DNA of 64,000 nt, taken from positions 33,560 to 97,559 of the forward strand of contig JAYPHU010000011.1 in the NCBI GenBank assembly GCA_038127535.1, read 5' to 3'. This stretch comes from Rhodospirillaceae bacterium. Lineage in GTDB: Bacteria; Pseudomonadota; Alphaproteobacteria; Rhodospirillales; UBA2165. The notes under the pieces were generated by a model that did no database searches, was not told where the DNA came from, and saw only the letters and a program-made list of their open reading frames with translations. Positions 28,146 to 38,184 of this stretch are shown piece by piece (the stretch's first letter is position 1; each line of letters begins with the position of its first letter). Made by a program: the position numbers and the translations under genes.

Positions 28146-29450
28146 TTACCGATTTATTAACGTGGTGTTCCAAGCACCTAGGAATTCTGCCGCTTTTTGG
28201 CCCGACCGCACAGCCCCTTCGATGGTAGCGGGTAAGTCGGTGTTGGTCCAGTCGCCGGCCAAAAACAAGTTTTTCCAACGAGTCGCCGAATCGGGCCTCC
28301 GCCGGTTTTGTTCCGGCGTTTGCGCAATTGTCGCCCGTTTTTCCTTGATGACCCGGTTGGGTGGAACCGGCAGATCACCTGAACTCGTGATCTTTGCGAC
28401 CTCCGCCCAAATCTTCTCCGCAATCGATTCAGAGGACTGTTCGGCCAGTTCCGTTGCCGCGCTCACCGTCACGGAAATCACGTCGCCCCGCTGAAACAAC
28501 CAGTGGCCAACCCCGCCGATCAGGCCCAGGAAGGGCACGCCGTCGGGTAGAGTAACCCCCTCATCGACTCTGAAATGAACATTGACGATGGGCCGGAATT
28601 CAGTGGGCACAATCTGCTCCGGCACCAGGAGGGAGACCTCTCGCGGCGGTAGCGCCAGGATCACCGCTTCGTTATCCATCAGTTCGGTCTCGGCGCCAAC
28701 CGCCTCAAAGCCAATGACTTGGTCGTCTTTTAAATTCAGCGCCGCAATGCGAGAACCGAAACTGACCTCCCCTTGCCGTTCTTGGATATAGGATAGCGCC
28801 GGTTCCACCAGGCTGGCGGAGAGGCCTTCGGGCATAAAAAACGGCCGGGCGAACATGGGCCCCCGCAGCATAGTGCGCTCCAGCATTTGTCCGATCAGCT
28901 TTGCCGAACCTTCCTCGGCGGCCGTGTTTAGCACCGCGGCGCACAGAGGTTCCCAAAATCGCTCGAAGATCGGTGTGCCGGGCTCAACCAGCTCGCCCAG
29001 AAAGTGGTCTTCGGGCAGGGTCGTTAATTCCTGCATCAATTTGTAGTCATTGAACGACGTGCCCGGAACGCGCCGCCACGGCATCAACAACCACAGAGGA
29101 ACTTTGGCGCTGCCGGGCCTGAGCGTCCATGTCTCATCGGTGCCGAGATCGACAAACGGGAAGGAAATGTCGCCTGGTTCCAGCAGATGGTTGCTGCCGA
29201 TGGTCCGCAGATACTCAAACAGCGACGGATTGCCGCCTAAGACCAAATGGTTGCCGTTGTCGATCAGCCGGCCGATCTTGTCGTCATATAGGGATCGGCA
29301 GCGTCCCCCGGCGTGGTTGGCGGACTCATGAAGGCTCACCTGCAGTCCCAGCTCCAAACAGCGGACCGCGGCCGCAAGGCCTGCCATACCGGCGCCGAAG
29401 ATATGGACGCGGGCGGGGAGGGGGTCGGAAACTGATATTGGCTCGATCAT
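28146..29450 (-). CDS. FAD-dependent amine-oxidase-family oxidoreductase, HpnE (hydroxysqualene dehydroxylase)-like
   Basis: 'VHIFGAGMAGLAAAVRCLELGLQVSLHESANHAGGRCRSLYD...IDNGNHLVLGGN' closely follows the HpnE N-terminus as I recall it. The start is set at the ATG at 29450. Confidence 0.7.
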   Translation of the reverse strand: MIEPISVSDPLPARVHIFGAGMAGLAAAVRCLELGLQVSLHESANHAGGRCRSLYDDKIGRLIDNGNHLVLGGNPSLFEYLRTIGSNHLLEPGDISFPFVDLGTDETWTLRPGSAKVPLWLLMPWRRVPGTSFNDYKLMQELTTLPEDHFLGELVEPGTPIFERFWEPLCAAVLNTAAEEGSAKLIGQMLERTMLRGPMFARPFFMPEGLSASLVEPALSYIQERQGEVSFGSRIAALNLKDDQVIGFEAVGAETELMDNEAVILALPPREVSLLVPEQIVPTEFRPIVNVHFRVDEGVTLPDGVPFLGLIGGVGHWLFQRGDVISVTVSAATELAEQSSESIAEKIWAEVAKITSSGDLPVPPNRVIKEKRATIAQTPEQNRRRPDSATRWKNLFLAGDWTNTDLPATIEGAVRSGQKAAEFLGAWNTTLINR

Positions 29451-29539
29451 AAGCGCACGGCGGTATTGGAGAGGACGGAAAAAAACTACCACGCCACGCA
29501 TCTTTTTACAGGTGCGCAATTTTATGGCAATGGAAGAGC

Positions 29540-30412
29540 ATGACCGAACCCACCGCACATCTTGTCGAAGAGCTGCGCCGCCACGATTGGGACCGGTTCA
29601 TGTGTGCCTTGTTTGCCCCGGCGGCTCGGCGGGACGGGCTTTATGCCTTGCTGGCCTTCAACCTGGAGGTTGCCAAAAACAGGGAAGTGGTCAGCGAACC
29701 GCTGATCGGGGAAATGCGATTGCAGTGGTGGCGGGATGCGATTGAGAAGGTTTACTCAAGCGGTCCCGAACCGGTGGCGGGTCACTATGTTCTGGAACAT
29801 CTGCCGGGGCTGATTCATGAGCGTGGTTTGAGCCGTCAATGGTTCGACGCCATGCTGGATGCCCGCCAAGTTGATCTCGTCAACGAGCCATTCGCCGATC
29901 TGCATGCACTAATCGACTACGCGGACGCCACCTCCGCATCGCTCAACATGCTGATGCTGGAGTCTTTCCGTGGCAACAGTCCCGTGGCGGATGACAAATG
30001 GGATGAGGTGTGCGAAGCCGCGCGCGGCATCGGGATCGCCTGGGCTATGATCGGGTTGATGCGGGCGATCCCCAATTGGGCCGGGCAGGGACGCAGCCCG
30101 TTGCCGCCAAGTCTGTTGGACGAATGCGGATTGACGCCCGAGCAGGACTTAACACCGGGCGAGGACTTCGGCGCCGGCGCGGCGGTGGAGAGACTCTGCC
30201 GGATCGCGCGGGAAAAGGTGGCGGCAGCCCGGCAGCGGCGGCGGTCAGTGCCGCGTAAATTCCGGAGCGTCATGCTACCGGCGGCGCTGATCGATTCCCA
30301 CGTCTCGGCATTGGAGAGAACGGGTTTCAACCCGTACCTCATCAAACCGGTGCATGGCCGCGCTGGCCAACAGATCAAACTAGTGATTAAGGCCGTAGCC
30401 GGAGGCTATTAG
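29540..30412 (+). CDS. squalene/phytoene synthase family protein lacking the Asp-rich motifs (NDUFAF6-like)
   Basis: 'LYALLAFNLEVAKNREVVSEPLIGEMRLQWWRDAI' is present. No DxxxD motif is visible where 'FCRxxDDxxD' would be expected. Confidence 0.7.
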   Translation: MTEPTAHLVEELRRHDWDRFMCALFAPAARRDGLYALLAFNLEVAKNREVVSEPLIGEMRLQWWRDAIEKVYSSGPEPVAGHYVLEHLPGLIHERGLSRQWFDAMLDARQVDLVNEPFADLHALIDYADATSASLNMLMLESFRGNSPVADDKWDEVCEAARGIGIAWAMIGLMRAIPNWAGQGRSPLPPSLLDECGLTPEQDLTPGEDFGAGAAVERLCRIAREKVAAARQRRRSVPRKFRSVMLPAALIDSHVSALERTGFNPYLIKPVHGRAGQQIKLVIKAVAGGY

Positions 30413-31139
30413 CGCTAATCGGGGAGTTGTTGTACAAGTGATCGGAGCGCGCCGTCCAGTCAATATTCATGATATCCAGCGCCGTGATCACCGGGAATAC
30501 CGGCAGCCCACCGGCCTCGTGCAGCCGGATCGCCCCGTGGTTCATGTCCGGGAAGACATCCCGCGTGTCATCGAACTTCCGGATTTCCAGAATGGTGACC
30601 CTGTCTTGCTGCGTATTTTTGCTGCGCCAGACATAGGTCGGATTAGGCTGCCGCGGCCGGTCGAACTGTGCAATGATCCGCTTCCAGACGTCCGTGGATT
30701 GGCCGAACCGGGCCCGAAGGAGGGCCATCACATCGTCGAAGTTGCCGGAATTGAACATTGCGAGGAAATGGCTCGACTTGGATTTGTCATAGCGGGCGAT
30801 AGCGCGGGAGCCCTGATAGAAGGACGTGTTGACCTGGAACGCGTGTTCGATCTGGCGAGGCCAGTCCACCGGCACGATGCAGAATGATACTTTGCCTAGT
30901 TTTTTGTGCACGCACGCGTCCGGTTCAGCAATTCCTCTCGGGAGCTGCGGCTGACCAGTTGAAATCGAGTCGCCAATGGTCATTAGAACGTTCCTGAGGG
31001 GCTGGCGCAATTTGGCCAGCGGTGCATTCCTGGAAACGCGTCGCACTGCCGGCGTTTCACTGCCCTGCCGGCCGGTCACCTCGGCCTGCGCGCGACGTGC
31101 CTCCGGCGTGTCGTCGCTCAACCGGGCGATCTGCGTCAT
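30387..31139 (-). CDS. hypothetical protein (250 aa)
   Basis: A long ORF whose C-terminal ~180 aa look globular and coding. The N-terminal ~50 aa are Arg/Ala-rich, so the start is uncertain. Confidence 0.45.
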   Translation of the reverse strand: MTQIARLSDDTPEARRAQAEVTGRQGSETPAVRRVSRNAPLAKLRQPLRNVLMTIGDSISTGQPQLPRGIAEPDACVHKKLGKVSFCIVPVDWPRQIEHAFQVNTSFYQGSRAIARYDKSKSSHFLAMFNSGNFDDVMALLRARFGQSTDVWKRIIAQFDRPRQPNPTYVWRSKNTQQDRVTILEIRKFDDTRDVFPDMNHGAIRLHEAGGLPVFPVITALDIMNIDWTARSDHLYNNSPISANSLRLRP

Positions 31140-31556
31140 CGGCGCGTTGGGTCGAGGCCGGCTCCTGGGTGCCGGTTTCTCAATCTTCTCGGTAAAGATA
31201 TTTTCACGCTGGACAGCACGCCGTCAGGGGCCTTTTCGGCGGCGGCGAGCCTGCGCGGCGGCGTCTGGTTTCTGACGGTTGTCGACGCTGCCGTCCGGCC
31301 GGTTATCTCTTTCCGGGTTCGCCGGGGAAGTGACCCAATGTCGATCCGCTTGGCGAATTCGTTCGAAGTGTTCCGTTGCGGTGCGGCCTCTCTCGACGGG
31401 GCCGACGCCACGGGCAGTGGGATGCGCGGGCGTTCCTCGAAACTCTCGGCGGCTCAAACGGATCACCTAACCGGGACGGATCAGCCATCGCCGATCCGAA
31501 CCGGGATGACCGGCACCGGCGTCGGACGCGCCAGGGGCAGCGGTTCGGGCAATTTA

Positions 31557-31844
31557 TCAGGTGAGGCATCCTGCTGACGCGTCGCGGGGGGCGGGCGGGG
31601 ACTTGGCCGCCTCGAGCCGCGCAGTTTCCTGGCTGACTTCTCGTTCCTCCGGATATTCATCGGGCCGTTCCTTCTTGCTGAAGAACTTGCCCAAACCGCT
31701 AACCATCATGCTCAGCAGGCCTCTTTCGTCCTCTTCGGTCTTCGCGGCTTCATTCGCCGGCTGAGCGTCCGGCATCGGCTTCGCCGGGGCCTTGGCTTCG
31801 GTAATTTCATGTGTTTCGAGCGGCGGCTCCTGATCTTCCATCAC
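31557..31844 (-). CDS. hypothetical acidic/Pro-rich protein (95 aa), possibly a fragment
   Basis: The ORF has a GTG-ATG start and is in the same frame as the ankyrin ORF upstream. It is low-complexity. Confidence 0.25.
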   Translation of the reverse strand: MMEDQEPPLETHEITEAKAPAKPMPDAQPANEAAKTEEDERGLLSMMVSGLGKFFSKKERPDEYPEEREVSQETARLEAAKSPPAPRDASAGCLT

Positions 31845-32375
31845 TGATCGGGCTGCGGCGTAGAACGGTTTTCGTTCGGGAACTGGAATTTATTGCCCAT
31901 CGGTTTCGACCCGGAGGTCCTGTCTTTGTTCCGCCGCAACCGGTAGTGCGGATACCTCGATGAACGGGTCACCCGGTCTGATCTTGCGGGTGGATTGAAT
32001 TTTCCCGTCCGGTCCGATGACAATAACGGTCGAGGATGCTTCCTGTGGCGCTGTTGGCGATGAGAGGTTCGCCTCAGCCGGTGCCGTATTTCTGCTTTGT
32101 GCGGCGGCCAGCGCCTGCGCAGCGGCAGCTAGCTTCTCTGCACTTCCTTCTTACCGTCTCATCTCCGCCGATTGGGCGATTGCTGCGGCCGCTTACGGCT
32201 CCCTTGCTCGTTGAGGCGGCTCCTCTGGCAAGGCTTTTGGGGCCGGCCGTGCAACGACAGGGACAGGTGCCTGAACCGCCGGCTGTACAGCTGGACGTTG
32301 ATCTCCAACCACCACCTCGGGTGCAGCCTCCGGGGAGGGCTAGTTGATCGTCGCGGTCACCGCCGGTACGGGCGT

Positions 32376-32768
32376 TCAGGCGGCGGCTTGGGTCCGGGTC
32401 TTTTGCTGCTGTTGCAGCTGTCTGGCCAAGATTAAATATTGCGCTACTTCGAAATAACCGCTGCTGATTGCCAGGTCGAACGGGGTCTGGCCCTTTGAAT
32501 TCCGCATTGAAACGCCCGCACCCGCATCAACGATGGAACGCACCGCATGCGGGTTGTTATTGCGGACAGCGGTAAACAGATGTCTCTGCAGGGCGGGATC
32601 GGTTTTCGCGGCGACCGGGATGCTGGCGCTTTGATCATGCACGATGAACAGCCCTGTCACCGGACCGGACAGCGCGAAGACCGCAGCGATTCCCGCCATG
32701 GCGCACACACCTCCAAATTGAGACGCAGGCGGGGAGACTTGCGCCGACAGTTTGCTTTCCCAGTTCAC
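32376..32768 (-). CDS. membrane-anchored ankyrin-repeat protein (130 aa)
   Basis: A TM segment 'GGVCAMAGIAAVFALSGPVTGLFIV' is followed by 'LFTAVRNNNPHAVRSIVDAGAGVSMRNSKGQTPFDLAISSGYFEVAQYLI', an ANK-repeat signature. Confidence 0.55.
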   Translation of the reverse strand: MNWESKLSAQVSPPASQFGGVCAMAGIAAVFALSGPVTGLFIVHDQSASIPVAAKTDPALQRHLFTAVRNNNPHAVRSIVDAGAGVSMRNSKGQTPFDLAISSGYFEVAQYLILARQLQQQQKTRTQAAA

Positions 32769-32937
32769 TCTGAATCTTGTCGTCAGCTTAAATTAAGCAA
32801 CTTCTGGAACAAGCCTGCCAGCAAACATGTCCTCCAACCCAGATGATGCCGCTTTTGCTTTGGCCTGTCGATACGCTCCGGTGGATCACGTTTACATAAT
32901 GAAAAATTGACGGGGGAAAACGGAATTTATCTGTGAA

Positions 32938-34317
32938 TTACGACATCCAGGCGCCGATTGCCTCGCGGGCGCGGGCAGCGTACGCGGCGCGCCGGTCCTT
33001 CCCCCTTAGATTCTTGATTTTATTTCCATTTTTGTCCACGCGGGGCATTTCCAGCGGCGGAAAAAGCCCGAAATTAATGTTCATCGGCTGGTAGGTTTTT
33101 GCGTCCCCGCCACCTGTAATATGGTCCAGCAATGCGCCCATGGCGATGACCGATTCGGGTCGATTAATATGGGCATCCAAGCGCTCACAACCGGCGAATC
33201 GCCCCGCCAGCAACCCGACAGCGGCGCTCTCCACGTAGCCTTCGCAGCCGGTAATCTGACCGGCGAAGCGCAGCCGGGGGTCGGCCTTCAGCCGGAGGGT
33301 CTCGTCCAATAGCTTGGGCCCGTTGATGAAGGTGTTGCGATGGATCCCGCCCAGCCGGGCGAACTCGGCATTCTCCAGGCCGGGTATGGCGCGGAAGATC
33401 CGCGACTGCTCGCCGTGCCGGAGCTTGGTCTGAAACCCGACGATGTTGTAGAGGGTGCCAAGCGCATTGTCCTGGCGAAGCTGCACAACCGCGTGGGGTT
33501 TCTTATCGGGAGCGTGTGGATTGGTCAGCCCCACCGGCTTCATCGGACCGAAGGCCAGGGTCTCGCGCCCCCGTTCCGCCATCACCTCGATGGGCAGGCA
33601 ACCCTCGAAATACGGCGTATTCTCCTCCCATTCGTGGAAGGTCAGCTTTTCGGCGGTCAGCAGGTTATCGATGAAAGCGTTGTACTGGGCCTCGTCCAAC
33701 GGGCAATTGATATAGTCCGCCCCGTCCCCTTTGTCGTAGCGGGACTGAAACCACGCTTTCGACAGATCAATGCTGTCCTTGTGCACAATGGGCGCAATCG
33801 CATCGAAAAACGCCAGCCCGTCATCACCGGTGAGCTCGGCGACGGCCTTGGCCAATGGCTCGGAGGTCAGCGGGCCGGTGGCGATGATGACGCTGTCCCA
33901 GTCTTCCGGCGGCAGGCCTGCGACCTCTTCCCGTTCAATGGTGATTAGGGGTTCCGCCTCCAGCGCCGCCTGCACATATTGGCTGAACGCGTCACGGTCA
34001 ACCGCTAAGGCCCCGCCTGCCGGAACCTTGTTAGCGTCGGCGGCCTGCATAATTAACGAACCGCAACGCCGCATCTCCTCGTGTAGCAGGCCGACCGCAT
34101 TGTGATCAGCATCGTCCGAGCGAAAGGAGTTGGAGCAGACCAGCTCCGCCAGCCCATCCGTCTGATGCGCATCGGTGGTCCGGTGGGGCCGCATCTCGTG
34201 CAGGATCGCCGGCACACCGGCTTTCGCCAGCTGCCAGGCGGCTTCGGAGCCGGCCAGGCCACCGCCGATGATGTGCACAGGACTCAGATTGTCGGGATCG
34301 TCAGACATGGCGTTCAC
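32938..34317 (-). CDS. trmFO: methylenetetrahydrofolate--tRNA-(uracil54-C5)-methyltransferase TrmFO
   Basis: '[31 protein letters not shown]', 'CSNSFRSDD' and '[20 protein letters not shown]' are present. Confidence 0.95.
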   Translation of the reverse strand: MNAMSDDPDNLSPVHIIGGGLAGSEAAWQLAKAGVPAILHEMRPHRTTDAHQTDGLAELVCSNSFRSDDADHNAVGLLHEEMRRCGSLIMQAADANKVPAGGALAVDRDAFSQYVQAALEAEPLITIEREEVAGLPPEDWDSVIIATGPLTSEPLAKAVAELTGDDGLAFFDAIAPIVHKDSIDLSKAWFQSRYDKGDGADYINCPLDEAQYNAFIDNLLTAEKLTFHEWEENTPYFEGCLPIEVMAERGRETLAFGPMKPVGLTNPHAPDKKPHAVVQLRQDNALGTLYNIVGFQTKLRHGEQSRIFRAIPGLENAEFARLGGIHRNTFINGPKLLDETLRLKADPRLRFAGQITGCEGYVESAAVGLLAGRFAGCERLDAHINRPESVIAMGALLDHITGGGDAKTYQPMNINFGLFPPLEMPRVDKNGNKIKNLRGKDRRAAYAARAREAIGAWMS

Positions 34318-34660
34318 ATACGCGTCCCCGGAGAGCCGCGCAAGCGTGTTCGCCGCAGGAGATCATCCAGGGCTGCGGCGTTAACCGATGACCCATGATC
34401 TGTGATGTAATTTACAGTCGATCTTCCCATATAGGTATTAGGTTGTCTTGTTGGGACGCTGTCCCAGGCGGATGGAGACTCTGAGTGAGCGACGAACAAC
34501 AGTTGGACGAGCCCGAGGTTAAGGTTGTCAAGGCCGTGCAGACGCTGGACGAGCTGCTGCAGGAAGAGGGCGCGATGTGGACCAAAGTGTCGCAGCCTCA
34601 GTTTGCTTCAAGGTCTCGAAAGATGGCTGCGCACGCTATGACGACATTTGGGGCGGGTAG

Positions 34661-35083
34661 ATGCAACGTCCTTCTACGAAAATATATCCACTAGCAAATG
34701 CCTGTCTCGCCAATGAGGGATTTGCATTCAAAGTCAATAACACGACCGTTCTCTATGATGGGTCCTGCCCTCTTTGCCGCCACGAAATCAATTTCTATAA
34801 ACGTTTGAAGGAATCAATAAGGATCGAGCGGCGAGACTTGTCCTTGATGAAAGTCCGCCAATTGTCGTCGGGTCTTTCCCGCAACTCCGCCTTGAAACGT
34901 TTCCCTGTGCGGACTTGCGACGGCTAGCTCTTAAGCGATTGCATGACGTTTGTACACCTTTGGTCGAATATACCCCGATTGGCTTTCTTTGGAAAAGTCG
35001 GACGCCTGCCCGTGATTTCTAACCTAATCAAACTGTTTTACAGGAGTTTTCTATACTGCAGACCTGCAGCTCAACAGTTTTGA
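34661..35083 (+). pseudogene. DCC1-like thiol-disulfide oxidoreductase (DUF393) interrupted by an in-frame TAG (34925-34927)
   Basis: 'VLYDGSCPLCRHEINFY' is the family CxxC motif. After the TAG the same frame continues 'LLSDCMTFVHLWSNIPRLAFFGKVGRLP...LFYRSFLYCRP', matching the expected C-terminal half of the family. Confidence 0.6.
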
Positions 35084-35190
35084 AGCGATTTGAAGAAAAC
35101 CCTGGTTTAACCAAATATTGATGCCAGTATGTTGGGCCGGACCCTCACATGGTTCGGCATGAGACTCTTGGTTTTCTCTGGAGCAAAATT

Positions 35191-36195
35191 ATGAAAAGTA
35201 TTGCGATCATCGGAAGCGGTCTTTCGGGGCTAACGGTGGCACATGCCCTTAAAGACACAGCTGCAGTCACGCTTTTCGAGAAATCCCGGGGGTATGGGGG
35301 TAGGATGGCGACGCGCCGAGCCGATCCCTTTACCTTTGATCACGGGGCTCAATTTTTTAGCGCTAAATCGGACATCTTCAAATCATTTCTCGGCCCGCTC
35401 ATCGATACCGGTATTATTAAAATTTGGCACGCGAGGTTCGCTGAGATCGGACCCGGAGCAGCCTCTTCCATTAGAATATGGAATGAAGACTCGCCACACT
35501 ATGTGGGCACCCCGCAAATGAACTCAATCGGCAAATATCTATCCAAGGGGCTTAACATTAAACTCGGAACACGGGTCGCAGATATCCAAAAAAAAGACCA
35601 ATGGCAACTCACAGATGAAAAGAACGAGAACCTTGGATCATTTAACTGGATTATATCGACCGTCCCTGCCCGACAGGCACTCGATATTCTTCCGTCAACG
35701 GTGAGCTTTTATCCCGACATCGCGAAAATCAAGATGCAGGCGTGTTTTTCATTGATGCTGGGCTTCGAGCAGCCGTTGCCCCTGGCCTTTGATGTCGCCC
35801 ATGTTAGCGGCGCAGATATCAGCTGGGTTTCCGACAACAGTTCAAAGCCGGACCGCCCTGATCACTGCTGCCTAATGATCCATTCCACTAACGCCTGGGC
35901 AGACAAACATCTTATGTCTGACCGGAAGGATGTCCTTCACCATCTTTTTGAACAGACCAGTGATGTCCTCGGACACGACGTCTCGAGCGCAGTTCATAAA
36001 GATCTTCACGGCTGGCATTTTGCTAATATTGAGAAGCAGTTCGGACCAACTTACTTCCTTGACCCGGATGCTCAGATCGCAGCGTGTGGAGACTGGTGCA
36101 TACAAGGTAGGATCGAGTCGGCCTTTCTAAGCGGTCACGAACTTGCCTCACGATTGCTGGAACTGATCAGTGTGTCGGGTTCCAAACATGCGTAA
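35191..36195 (+). CDS. NAD(P)/FAD-dependent oxidoreductase (renalase/amine-oxidase-like)
   Basis: 'KSIAIIGSGLSGLTVAHAL...LFEKSRGYGGRMATRR...FDHGAQFF' is present. Confidence 0.75.
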   Translation: MKSIAIIGSGLSGLTVAHALKDTAAVTLFEKSRGYGGRMATRRADPFTFDHGAQFFSAKSDIFKSFLGPLIDTGIIKIWHARFAEIGPGAASSIRIWNEDSPHYVGTPQMNSIGKYLSKGLNIKLGTRVADIQKKDQWQLTDEKNENLGSFNWIISTVPARQALDILPSTVSFYPDIAKIKMQACFSLMLGFEQPLPLAFDVAHVSGADISWVSDNSSKPDRPDHCCLMIHSTNAWADKHLMSDRKDVLHHLFEQTSDVLGHDVSSAVHKDLHGWHFANIEKQFGPTYFLDPDAQIAACGDWCIQGRIESAFLSGHELASRLLELISVSGSKHA

Positions 36196-36904
36196 TATTG
36201 CCGTCATTGGAAGTAGCGGCGCGATAGGTAGGGCTATGATTGAACGCTTGAGCAGTCTCTATCCTGCGGCAGCTGTTAGTGCGTTTTCAAGAACGTCGCA
36301 GACCTTCGTCAACCCCCAAATAAAATCCTACAAAATTAACTATGACTCAGAGCCTGCCATATCTCAAGCCGCTGACGCCGCGTCACAACTTGCGCCGCTA
36401 GACCTGGTTTTCGTCGCGACGGGCAAATTGCATGACCAGAATCATATGCCGGAAAAATCCATCAGGGACTTATCTTCCGGTAAGTTCCTTGATCTGTTCA
36501 TGACGAATACCGTCATTCCCGCTATTATCGCTAAGTATTTCATTCCTAAGTTGGAGACTGATCGGCCAGCAACATTTGCCGCGCTTTCTGCCCGGGTAGG
36601 CAGTATTTCAGATAACTATTTAGGGGGGTGGTATTCCTATCGAGCCTCAAAGGCCGCTCTGAACATGGTTATCAAGAACTTGGCAATTGAAACAGCAAGA
36701 AAGAGAAAGCTGGCGACAATCGTTAGTATGCACCCAGGAACTGTAGAGAGCGATCTTTCAAAGCCTTTCCAAGCTGGTGTTCCTCCAGACAAGCTGTTTA
36801 CGCCAGCGTACGCGGCGGAAAGGCTCTGTGAGGTGCTCGTAAATTTGTCTCCTGAACAAACCGGGAAATGTTTCGCCTGGGATGGAAACGAAATAGAACC
36901 TTGA
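36188..36904 (+). CDS. short-chain dehydrogenase/reductase (C-factor-like SDR)
   Basis: 'IAVIGSSGAIGRAM' (TGxxGxxG-like) and 'YRASKAALN' (YxxxK) are present. There is an 8-nt overlap with the upstream gene. Confidence 0.8.
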   Translation: MRNIAVIGSSGAIGRAMIERLSSLYPAAAVSAFSRTSQTFVNPQIKSYKINYDSEPAISQAADAASQLAPLDLVFVATGKLHDQNHMPEKSIRDLSSGKFLDLFMTNTVIPAIIAKYFIPKLETDRPATFAALSARVGSISDNYLGGWYSYRASKAALNMVIKNLAIETARKRKLATIVSMHPGTVESDLSKPFQAGVPPDKLFTPAYAAERLCEVLVNLSPEQTGKCFAWDGNEIEP

Positions 36905-37377
36905 TTAGGGAACAAAGCTAGGATGACGCCTTAACGCATAAGATTCGCGACCCCGCACCAGCTCTAGCCTATAGTCCCGCGGTTATTCCAACATCATTCG
37001 ATGACAAGGTATAGTTCAATGACAAGCAAAAAACGATGCCGCAGAGGCGGCCTCTCCGTGGCGTCGGTTGCGTCCCCTGAGATTAGCCCGCAGATTAGAA
37101 CTATCCGGAATCCCTTAATTGCCGATGGGTTATATTCTGGTGAGAGGGTGTCCGCTTATGGCTAAACCCGGCTGATTTCAAGTCCGCTGTTTCACGGCAG
37201 TTCTGATGCCGAAAACGGTCTGTCTTCGGAGCAGCCTGCGGAGGCGGTGTTGACTCCGTCTCAATGCCCGCAGTACCTCGGCCCGACCGAGTGTGAATCC
37301 TTAATCCATTGACCGGTTTTCCGATTGGTGAGACCATTCCCGTAGCCCCAGTGACGGCGGCGGATAAGGAGGTCTCC

Positions 37378-38184
37378 ATGCGGTTCAATGCAATCCAACT
37401 CGGCGCACTCTCTCTATTCATGGCGGCCGGCATTTCGACGCAGGCGTCCGCCGTGCCGCAAATCCTAGGCCTCCTGGCCTCGGCTGAGCCGGCGAAGCTA
37501 ACCTGCACCGCTGGTGTTTGCGCGGCCGAGTTTTCCTCCTTCTGTCTTCAAGAGCATCGTAAGACGCCAAATCAGGGTACGGCCTATGTGCCGTCCAAGC
37601 AGACCCAGCTCACCGTCTCGGTGACTGATGCGGCCGGTGATGTCCACACCATGTCTGTGGCTGACAAAGTGACTGTCCGCAGCCTTCGGGGATACACCAC
37701 GGTGCAGATTTCCCTGCCGGCCGATCTGGTGGCGAGCCTCGGTAAGGGTAACGCGACTCTTTCCGTGGCGCCGTACGCCTCTCTGGTGCCTGCGTCCATG
37801 GCCGATACTGATGATCCGCGGCTACGCGAGGAAATCGTCCTCTACACCGGGCCCATGCGTAAGGTGGCGTCCGCCAGCAATGAACGGGAGCCGGTCAACG
37901 TGCAGGCGGCCCGGCTGATGAACAAAATGGTCAACGACCTGCCGGCGAAGTCCGATCTGTCTCAGACAGAGCGGGATGCTGTCTGGGAAAAGTCGGTGAA
38001 GAAGCATACGGGTAATGCTTCCACGCCGGCGTTGGCCAAAGCGGCGACGGCGTTCCGCAATTGCCGGGGCGACTACAATCGCTATGGCCTGAACGGCATG
38101 CGGGCCTGCATGGGGCATGAGCATGACCGCTCGATGATCGATGTGACCCGCAAAGTCTGGCAGGACCAGAAGGGCGGCAGCTAG
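37378..38184 (+). CDS. secreted hypothetical protein
   Basis: AAGGAGG SD, signal peptide 'MRFNAIQLGALSLFMAAGISTQASA' and several Cys residues. No recognised domain. Confidence 0.55.
   Translation: MRFNAIQLGALSLFMAAGISTQASAVPQILGLLASAEPAKLTCTAGVCAAEFSSFCLQEHRKTPNQGTAYVPSKQTQLTVSVTDAAGDVHTMSVADKVTVRSLRGYTTVQISLPADLVASLGKGNATLSVAPYASLVPASMADTDDPRLREEIVLYTGPMRKVASASNEREPVNVQAARLMNKMVNDLPAKSDLSQTERDAVWEKSVKKHTGNASTPALAKAATAFRNCRGDYNRYGLNGMRACMGHEHDRSMIDVTRKVWQDQKGGS

Noticed and set aside
36905-37377. A possible riboswitch or leader in the 470-bp region upstream of the secreted-protein gene.
   Set aside because: No match by eye to the cobalamin, TPP, SAM-II, glycine, guanidine, fluoride, Mn or ZTP consensus cores. 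An Infernal scan would be needed to call anything.
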